From: a virus
Direction: 5' to 3' (one strand)
DNA: 64,000 nucleotides
IMG/VR virus record: IMGVR_UViG_3300046457_000175
Location: 32,001 to 96,000 of that record
Each line of letters opens with the position of its first letter. The first letter of the stretch is position 1. Both the position numbers and the translations under genes were made by a program. Shown piece by piece: positions 57,053 to 64,000 of the stretch. The notes under the pieces were generated by a model, which was not told where the DNA came from, ran no database searches, and saw only the letters and a program-made list of their open reading frames with translations.

Positions 57053-57238
57053 ATGCCGTTTCGCGCTCGCGTTCTTCTCTTTCAGTTCAGCTGCATGATG
57101 GTCGCGTTCTGCGCCTGGCTGACCCACGTCGTCACCTGCATCCAGTCAGGTCGCTTCCTGCTGCTCATCGCGGGTGCCATCGCCTTTCCGATCGGCGTGA
57201 TCCACGGCTGGGGCATCTGGCTCGGCTTTTGGCCGTGA
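57053..57238 (+). CDS. two-TM microprotein
   Basis: AAGGA RBS; two hydrophobic segments. Confidence 0.65.
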   Translation: MPFRARVLLFQFSCMMVAFCAWLTHVVTCIQSGRFLLLIAGAIAFPIGVIHGWGIWLGFWP

Positions 57239-57375
57239 TTAGCTGGGACGCAATACTCATCGTTGCCGCCATCATCGCCGCGTCGGCGATCATCTCCAAC
57301 ACCATCGAGAACGTCGTGTGCGACTTCGCCGAAGACCTCTTCGAGCGATGGGACGCCATGGATGACGAGGACTGA
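57235..57375 (+). CDS. single-TM microprotein with acidic tail
   Basis: GTGA coupling. Confidence 0.5.
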   Translation: MISWDAILIVAAIIAASAIISNTIENVVCDFAEDLFERWDAMDDED

Positions 57376-57588
57376 ATGCCGTTTCCCTTCTGCTTCCTGA
57401 TGTTCAGCTATGCCATCTGGCAGGCGTCCATCGAGCGGGCTTTCGATTTGAACCCGTTCGAGGTGCGCTATGAGGACAAGAACCTTTGATCTAGTCCTGG
57501 TGCCCGTGCTGTTCGTCATCTTCCTCGTTGCGATGGCGCACCTCTTTACCTGACGACCAGCCGGCTCCCAAAAAACCCGAGCACGAAA

Positions 57589-58071
57589 ATGAAGGCTCTC
57601 AAAGCACTGGCCCTTGCGGGCCTGGTGATGATCTCTGCTGTGTCGCCATCACACGCACTGGTCATCACAGACGATCCCGGCGGTGTCATCGTCAACTTCG
57701 TCAAGAAGTATGCAGACATCCGAGACAGCGGAGAGAAGGTTGTTGTCGACGGCGAGTGCGACTCGTCCTGCACGCTCTTCCTCGGCCTCGTTCCGCCGAA
57801 GAATTATTGCATCACGCTGAATGCGAAGCTTGGCTTCCACACGGCGTCGCTCAAGGTGCCTCAGTCGGATGGCACCGCCAAATACACTCACGCCGCCGAG
57901 TTCTCGGAGCTGATGTGGAACATCTACCCCGGCAACATCCGCGCGCTCATCAAGCGCATCGGCTGGAACGGTGACGATCCCAACCTCGCGCACCCGCAGA
58001 TCGTCTACGTCGGCCCTCGCCAGTTGCACAAGGCCGGCGTGCGTTACTGCGAACCGGGAGACTTATCGTGA
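57589..58071 (+). CDS. exported protein, possible ClpP/crotonase-like fold
   Basis: signal peptide; DDPGG.I...VVDGECDSSCT...LGFHTA. Confidence 0.65.
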   Translation: MKALKALALAGLVMISAVSPSHALVITDDPGGVIVNFVKKYADIRDSGEKVVVDGECDSSCTLFLGLVPPKNYCITLNAKLGFHTASLKVPQSDGTAKYTHAAEFSELMWNIYPGNIRALIKRIGWNGDDPNLAHPQIVYVGPRQLHKAGVRYCEPGDLS

Positions 58072-58418
58072 GCCGGAAGCTGCGTGATCGAACCAAGCTT
58101 CCGAAGATCATCAAGATCGGGGTCCACGAGTACGAACTGATCCACCTTGATCCAGTCGTGGCGGAAGAGAAGGAGGTCTTCGGCCTCTGCAACCGCATGA
58201 CGCTGAAAATCTCAGTCCGGTCAGATCTGCCGGACTCTTCGTTCGCCGAGACCCTTGAACACGAGATCAACCATGGCTGCTGGCATGCAGCCTCTCTCGG
58301 TGACGAAGAGACGGAAGAAGAAGTCGTCCTCCGTCTGACGCCCATCATGATCATGGCGCGCCGCGACAACCCGGAAATCTACGCCTGGATCGACCGGGCT
58401 ATCGCCCAGAAAGACTGA
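58068..58418 (+). CDS. small HExxH metalloprotein
   Basis: ETLEHEINHG. Confidence 0.65.
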   Translation: MSRKLRDRTKLPKIIKIGVHEYELIHLDPVVAEEKEVFGLCNRMTLKISVRSDLPDSSFAETLEHEINHGCWHAASLGDEETEEEVVLRLTPIMIMARRDNPEIYAWIDRAIAQKD

Positions 58419-58420
58419 CC

Positions 58421-58684
58421 ATGCTCAACGCAATGGTTGCCGCCACCAAGCGGCAAGCAGAGGCGATGATTGCCCTGCTCAAACTCAACCCGCACGAATG
58501 GCAGGCCGTCACGTACGGCCAGCCGATCAAGCAACTCTTCGGCCACGCCAAACTCATCCGCCCAAGCGAGGGCGTCGAGAAGTCGCACTGCGACTGGGTG
58601 TTGGGGAGTCTCGTCCCAAACCTGTGCCTGACGGTGACCACGGTGCCCCCGCACTGGAAGATCCCGCAAGAGCACGTCGACTAA
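58421..58684 (+). CDS. hypothetical protein
   Basis: packed ORF. Confidence 0.6.
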   Translation: MLNAMVAATKRQAEAMIALLKLNPHEWQAVTYGQPIKQLFGHAKLIRPSEGVEKSHCDWVLGSLVPNLCLTVTTVPPHWKIPQEHVD

Positions 58685-58706
58685 TCAAAAAAAAGAAAGA
58701 ACAGAC

Positions 58707-59999
58707 GTGACCAGCAAAGCTCGCGACCTCGTCAAGCGGCTCGGCCGCCTTGGCGTTCCTACCAACTTGCGCCGTCATCCGAACACTGTCGTCGCCCTCG
58801 GCGATAGCCGCGCCGCCCAGATCCATGCGGATGGCATCTTCAAGAACAAGTCCGGCTACAACCACTTCAGTGTGGGCAACGCGCTGGCCGGCAACCGCGC
58901 CATTCTTCTGAAGAATTTCGGCGTCAGCGGCGATCGCTCCGACCAGATCCTCACCCGGCTCAAGCCGGCGATCGATACTGGCGCCTACGTCCTCTACATC
59001 ATCGCTGGCGTCAACGACATCGCCCAGAACTATCCGACCGCGACCACGTCCGGTGTCACCGCCTTCGCGAACATCAAGACGATGATCGACGCTGGCGTCT
59101 CGAACGGCATGCTGCCGCTCGTCGTCCTGGATCCCGGCGCCAACAACATGACGCCGGCCCAGATCGCCCAGCTCTACATCTTGCAGGAGTTGCTGCGAGA
59201 GTACGCTGAGATCTGCCCGCACATGGTCCTCTTCGACCTGCCGTCTGCGATCTACAACATGGCCGCCACGTCGACGACTGCGCTGGCCCTGATTGGCACG
59301 ATCGACGGCGTCCATGAGGGCAGCCTTGGCGGCTATCTCGGCGGGAAGTTGTTCGCCCAGATCTTGATGGCGATCATGCCCCCGCGACCGCACGGCTTCC
59401 GCAGTGCTGTCGAGAACCCGACCACCTCGCTCATCAACCTGACCGCCAATCCGATGTTCACGGGCGGAGAGACCGGCACGGTCGGCACTGGGTTCACCGG
59501 CAAGATCGCGACAAGCTTCGTCGGCGCTCGATCTGGCGCGGCGACTGCTGTCGGATCTGTGGCGCTGTCCAATGACGGCTCCGGTCTCTGGGAGCAAGTG
59601 CTGCAGTGTACGTTCGCGGCGGCCGGCGACGAGGTCAACCTCCACCAGGATATCCCGACCACTCTTTGGAACGCGGGCGATGTCCTTCAGTCTCACGCGG
59701 AAGTCGTCGTCGACGCCGGCAGTGTGAACCTCTGTGGTGCCTACCTCTACCTGCAGGCTAACGGCACGATTGGCGGTTCGAGCGTCGCTACCACCGCGAT
59801 GGACGGTTACGTCAACGGCACGCAGCATGGTGTCACGACCACCGAGGGCTTCAAGCTCAACTACTCGACCGAGAAGCTCTTGGTTCCGAACTACGACGTG
59901 AAGAGCTGGGTCACCGCCCATGTCAAGGTCGTCGGCGCTGGCATTGGGTCGGCAACCGTCCGTGTTCGACGCTTCGGTGTCCGCAAGCGGTTCGCCTAA
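58707..59999 (+). CDS. SGNH/GDSL esterase with C-terminal beta-rich domain, probably virion/tail associated
   Basis: ALGDS, FGVSG, AGVND, DGVH blocks I, II, III, V. Confidence 0.85.
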   Translation: MTSKARDLVKRLGRLGVPTNLRRHPNTVVALGDSRAAQIHADGIFKNKSGYNHFSVGNALAGNRAILLKNFGVSGDRSDQILTRLKPAIDTGAYVLYIIAGVNDIAQNYPTATTSGVTAFANIKTMIDAGVSNGMLPLVVLDPGANNMTPAQIAQLYILQELLREYAEICPHMVLFDLPSAIYNMAATSTTALALIGTIDGVHEGSLGGYLGGKLFAQILMAIMPPRPHGFRSAVENPTTSLINLTANPMFTGGETGTVGTGFTGKIATSFVGARSGAATAVGSVALSNDGSGLWEQVLQCTFAAAGDEVNLHQDIPTTLWNAGDVLQSHAEVVVDAGSVNLCGAYLYLQANGTIGGSSVATTAMDGYVNGTQHGVTTTEGFKLNYSTEKLLVPNYDVKSWVTAHVKVVGAGIGSATVRVRRFGVRKRFA

Positions 60000-60002
60000 G
60001 CC

Positions 60003-60200
60003 ATGGCGAAGAAGTGGACCCGTCGCATGTGGACCGCGATGCGGATCCACGAACATAACCAAAAGCGCCGTGCGGCCATCGCGCCAACGCCACCGGTTGG
60101 GCACTTCTCACTGTACGTGAGCCCCAGCGAGGGGACGAAAGTAATCCTGCGCGGAAAGGCCACTGACGGCACCTACTTCACCCTGGTCGGGCACCAATGA
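60003..60200 (+). CDS. small protein, paralogue of the next ORF
   Basis: C-terminal PPVGHF...ILRGKATDGTYFTL. Confidence 0.65.
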   Translation: MAKKWTRRMWTAMRIHEHNQKRRAAIAPTPPVGHFSLYVSPSEGTKVILRGKATDGTYFTLVGHQ

Positions 60201-60472
60201 GCTCTCGATCTCGGGTGAAGCTGTCGACGCAGCTCGATCCGACGCACGCGACATATCGCAAGAAGTCGCTTGACGTCGCCTTTCGCAGTCCGGGCAGGCC
60301 GATGCAGCTGCAGTTCTACCAGCTGAAATACCCATTCCCCATCCCCGACCAGAACCCAGTCGCCCCAGTCGGGCGCGTGTTCCTGGTCGGGAGGAATGCG
60401 GACGGCTCCGCAACAATCTTCAGGGGCAAGACCTCTGACAACACCTACACGAAGATTTCAGGAAAAAAATGA
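60197..60472 (+). CDS. small protein, paralogue of the previous ORF
   Basis: C-terminal APVGRV...IFRGKTSDNTYTKI. Confidence 0.7.
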   Translation: MSSRSRVKLSTQLDPTHATYRKKSLDVAFRSPGRPMQLQFYQLKYPFPIPDQNPVAPVGRVFLVGRNADGSATIFRGKTSDNTYTKISGKK

Positions 60473-63400
60473 CAGGTGAAATCGAACTGCTTCCGGTTCG
60501 CTCGCTCGACTATGTGGTCGGGCATGATGCGACCGGGCTCGCCGGTCGTCAGTGGCGCACCGACTTCCAGACCATCTACAACGCAAAGCGATATGGCGCC
60601 ATCGGCGACGGCGCGGCACATCCGCTCAGCGAGCGATATGCGACGCTTTCCCTCGCGCAGGTAGACTATCCGAGGGCTACCGCTCTGACGGAGTCGATCG
60701 ATTGGCACGCTCACCAGAAGGCGATCGACGCTGCCACCTCTGATACGGGCGGTAATCTGTATACGCCTCGCGGCAAGTACATCATGTCGCCCTGTCCCGG
60801 GCCGCTGAAGTTCCCCCTTTCGAGGGACGAAGCGCTCACGGCGTACGGTTCGAACAACGCCCAGGTCAACTGGATGGGCGACGGAGATCTGGTCTCTGTC
60901 CTCCAGTGGACGCAGGACATGGGCTCGACGCCGAACTCTGCTTACGCCGTCATGTGCGGTCAGCAGGCGGGTGATCCCAGCAATTTGCAGGCTGATAGCC
61001 GGTACGGTACCACCAACGCGAACGTCAGCTCTGGTTGGTTCAGCGGTATCTCGCTGGTCGGCCCGGCTTACACGCTCCTCGGCGGTGTTCATCGAGTCGG
61101 TCAGACCGGATGCAACATGAGCGCCATCTGCTGGGCGTCTCACCGCATGCTGATCGATGTGAAGATCTCTTGGTTCTATGCCGGCCTCGATATCGTTGGC
61201 GATCACACTGCGCTGAACCACGTTCAGCTCAATCGCAACTATTACGGCATCTATATGAACCACAACTCGCCGTACCTCTACGGCGACTTGACCATCGGCA
61301 ACAAGTTCTCGAATGCCAACAATCGGTTCGCTTGTGTTGGTTTTGCCTACGGCGGCGCGATGGGTACCTGGCACATCCAGGGCCGGCCGTTCTTCGGCAC
61401 CTCGCCGTTCGTCTTCTTCAAGGAGGCGACGCCGTCCAACTGGGCGTCCGGCATGCCGGTACCCCAGTCGAGCTTCCTGTCCGGACTTCAGGCCGACAGC
61501 CTGTTCACCGAGAACGTCGGCAATGCCTTCATCTGGGACGACAATATCCGCGCCTACGGATCGACCAACACCTCGACCATCGACAAGTGCAGCTTCAAGC
61601 ACCTGACGCTGCCGGGCTGGAGCGATTCTCTGCGTCTGCCCGGCTACGATCGCTGCTTCATTCTCGTTTGCAACCTCAATGGCACGGTCTTTGAGAACGT
61701 GACGAAGTGGGAAGCGACGGGTTGCACCAGGCCGCTGATCGACGTCACCGGCACGATGTATGGTGAGAGCAAGATCACGGGCGATGTCGAAGCCCTGATC
61801 ACGAGCGCGACCAACTCCGGCCAGGCAGTTCTTTACGCCACTGTCGCAAACGGAGGTTCAGGCCACGCCGTTGGAGACGTGCTGCCCATCGCGGGCGGTA
61901 CGCCTTATTCGGCGGCCACGGTTGCGACCCTGAAGGTGACCAGCGTCACCGCGGGCGTCATCACCGGCATCTCCGTGCTCAGCAACGGAAACTACTCCGC
62001 TTCGCCGGCAGCAACGTCGGGCCAGGGCACCAGCTCTGGAGCGGGAACCGGTGCGACCTTCAATCTGACCATGGCTGCGCAGCAGATCTTCCGCGCTTCG
62101 ACCGACTCGAACCTGAAGCGCATGGTGGTCGAGCACACCCATGGTGACGGCAGCGTCGGCTGCTGGAAGGGCCGCTTCTACAGCGTCTACAACGGCAACC
62201 CTGTTGTGGCCGGTCACGCCCTGACCGAGGTCTTCAACGGCGCCAAGCCGGCGCGCGAGAGCGACACCACCCCATTCTTGGGAATGTGCCGCATCACCGC
62301 GACCAGCCCGACCAGCGCGATCAACATCTCGACGATCGCGGCGGAGGAGGGCGAGGATCTGCCGTACTTCCCGGGTGGTCCGTCGTCACTTCAGACGCTC
62401 CACAAGCTGACCGAGGTCGGCGGCTGTCTCGCCAACGCCCAGAACATGGGCGACGGTCGTGTGGTCGCGTATCGAACCGGCGGACAGCTGTCTGTCGGAA
62501 AGGGCTACCGCGGAACGTCGTCCATCAACGGCAGGCCGCGAACGGTCGAAATCCAGGGCGGCGTTTCCTATACGCTCGTCAGCAATGACCGCGGCAAGAT
62601 CAAGCGCCTGAACAGCGCATCGGTGCAGGTCGCAGGTGGCGGCTTGGGATCTGGTGGAACCGGTCATTCGGCCGGAGACATTCTGACTGTTGTCGGAGGC
62701 ACGCTTGCTTCTGGCGGTACGGCTGCGACCCTCGTGGTCAAGACGGTTTCTGCTGGAGTCGTGACCGAGACGGCTGTCCTCAGCCCCGGAAACTACACTG
62801 CGTTGCCTGCCAACCCGGCTGCAACGACCAGCTCCGGTGCAGGAACCGGCGCAACCATCTTCCTGGTGTCGGAATCTGCTCCGATTGTCGTCACGCTGCC
62901 GTCAACCTTCCTGGCCGGTTTCGAAGCCGAGCTGTGGCAGGGCTATCTTGGCTCGGTGAGCTGGGTCGGGGCGGCCGGAGCGACAGTTACGGCTGCGGCT
63001 GGCGTCACCTCGACCGATGGTACGAACACGTCAGTGATCGCGACCGTGGTGAACTACGGTGTCGCAGGCATCACGATCGTCAACGGCGGCAGCGGTCACG
63101 CTGTCAACGATATCGTGACGATCGGCGGCGGCCTTCTGGCTCTGAACGGCGTGGCCGCACAGGGCAAGGTGACGAGCGTCAGTGGCGGTGTGATCACCGG
63201 CATCGTTCCCTACACGATGGGCAATTACTGGACTGGACCGACCGGAACCGTCGCGCAGTCCGCGACGACTGGTTCGGGCACGGGCTTCACCTGCACGGTG
63301 ACGCTGGGCAACGAGTGGTTCATCCGCCCGTCAGCTCCGCGTCGACGGACGGTTAACAACCAGACCGCGCCCTACACGCTGCAGCTGGCTGACGATGCCA

Positions 63401-63648
63401 ACACGGTCAACGTGACCGTGGCAGCCGCGGCCAAGGTCTACGTTCGTCAGGACGCTCCGGTCGGGTTCAAGGTAACGATCATCCAGGGCGGCACAGGACA
63501 GATTACGCCTGCGCTGGTCAACGGTGGCTCGATCGTGAGCTACTCGGGTCTGACGAAGACTGCCGGCCAGTACGCCAAGATCGAACTGGAAGTCTTGAGC
63601 AACCCCGGCTCCGCGCCGGTTGTCCAGATTTCCGGGCAGCTCGCCTAA
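60469..63648 (+). CDS. tail fibre/tailspike with pectate-lyase-like N-terminal region and repeated Gly-rich modules
   Basis: AKRYGAIGDG...QKAIDAA...LYTPRGKY tailspike start; three NGGSGH/GNY modules; C-terminal YTL..D repeats. Confidence 0.85.
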   Translation: MTGEIELLPVRSLDYVVGHDATGLAGRQWRTDFQTIYNAKRYGAIGDGAAHPLSERYATLSLAQVDYPRATALTESIDWHAHQKAIDAATSDTGGNLYTPRGKYIMSPCPGPLKFPLSRDEALTAYGSNNAQVNWMGDGDLVSVLQWTQDMGSTPNSAYAVMCGQQAGDPSNLQADSRYGTTNANVSSGWFSGISLVGPAYTLLGGVHRVGQTGCNMSAICWASHRMLIDVKISWFYAGLDIVGDHTALNHVQLNRNYYGIYMNHNSPYLYGDLTIGNKFSNANNRFACVGFAYGGAMGTWHIQGRPFFGTSPFVFFKEATPSNWASGMPVPQSSFLSGLQADSLFTENVGNAFIWDDNIRAYGSTNTSTIDKCSFKHLTLPGWSDSLRLPGYDRCFILVCNLNGTVFENVTKWEATGCTRPLIDVTGTMYGESKITGDVEALITSATNSGQAVLYATVANGGSGHAVGDVLPIAGGTPYSAATVATLKVTSVTAGVITGISVLSNGNYSASPAATSGQGTSSGAGTGATFNLTMAAQQIFRASTDSNLKRMVVEHTHGDGSVGCWKGRFYSVYNGNPVVAGHALTEVFNGAKPARESDTTPFLGMCRITATSPTSAINISTIAAEEGEDLPYFPGGPSSLQTLHKLTEVGGCLANAQNMGDGRVVAYRTGGQLSVGKGYRGTSSINGRPRTVEIQGGVSYTLVSNDRGKIKRLNSASVQVAGGGLGSGGTGHSAGDILTVVGGTLASGGTAATLVVKTVSAGVVTETAVLSPGNYTALPANPAATTSSGAGTGATIFLVSESAPIVVTLPSTFLAGFEAELWQGYLGSVSWVGAAGATVTAAAGVTSTDGTNTSVIATVVNYGVAGITIVNGGSGHAVNDIVTIGGGLLALNGVAAQGKVTSVSGGVITGIVPYTMGNYWTGPTGTVAQSATTGSGTGFTCTVTLGNEWFIRPSAPRRRTVNNQTAPYTLQLADDANTVNVTVAAAAKVYVRQDAPVGFKVTIIQGGTGQITPALVNGGSIVSYSGLTKTAGQYAKIELEVLSNPGSAPVVQISGQLA

Positions 63649-63653
63649 CGGCA

Positions 63654-63761
63654 ATGGCCAAGAAGCAGAAGCACGTCAAGCAGGTGTCTAAGAACACCAA
63701 GCTGACCGAGCTGCGGCTTGAGCGCAAGCGGCGACGCAAGCGCAAAGCCGCGGCCGGCTAA
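63654..63761 (+). CDS. 35-aa very basic peptide
   Basis: MAKKQKHVKQVSKNTKLTELRLERKRRRKRKAAAG. Confidence 0.45.
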   Translation: MAKKQKHVKQVSKNTKLTELRLERKRRRKRKAAAG

Positions 63762-64000
63762 CCACACCATCCCGGAGTACAGAACAGGGAGCAGGGTAAT
63801 GAAGCCCTGACCGTCTGCTAGGCCCGGTTGCCAGCGGGGAGTTTCCCTCCTTTCCTTCCCGCTGGCGCCCGACGACAAATCAGCAAGCTGCAAAACGTCG
63901 GGCCACTTTTCATTTCACATGCACGAAAGGCCCAGGGCCAATGAAACTCCAATACCTCATCACTCCTGTTGCAGGTCCATCCATTGCCAATCGCTGGATC

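Overview
The window is a 64-kb segment of a large, GC-rich, tailed dsDNA bacteriophage. The host is probably an alphaproteobacterium of the Bradyrhizobium/Rhizobiales type, inferred from the style of its nrdJ and dnaQ genes and of several small ORFs. From 1 to ~34 kb, almost entirely on the - strand, lie nucleotide-metabolism, recombination and replication genes: class II RNR nrdJ, a MazG-like protein, an SSAP plus YqaJ exonuclease, dnaQ, ssb, a TOPRIM primase-helicase with a detached Zn-binding ORF, and a lambda-O-like initiator with internal iterons. This stretch also holds a + strand RuvC-like resolvase and XRE-S24 regulator, a UvrD-like helicase, rIIA with a truncated rIIB, and an M28 peptidase. 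From ~34 to 54 kb are dozens of tightly packed small leftward early-type ORFs, an atypical tRNA-like gene and a long non-coding stretch. Transcription switches strand at ~54.2 kb. The rightward part has membrane microproteins, tRNA-Gly(UCC), an SGNH esterase and a modular tail fibre/spike. No integrase, DNA polymerase, terminase, capsid gene or CRISPR array was recognised. The most striking unexplained signals are non-coding. (1) About 22 copies of a TTGC-N6-GCAA box, mostly oriented with transcription and often just upstream of ribosome-binding sites. (2) A second, intergenic copy of the initiator-gene iteron array 37 kb away, with the same 24/21/21-bp spacing. (3) Seven co-oriented GNA-triloop mini-hairpins with compensatory stem changes. 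(4) A class-II-like tRNA with a non-canonical anticodon loop. All protein assignments come from motifs recognised by eye; no database search was run.
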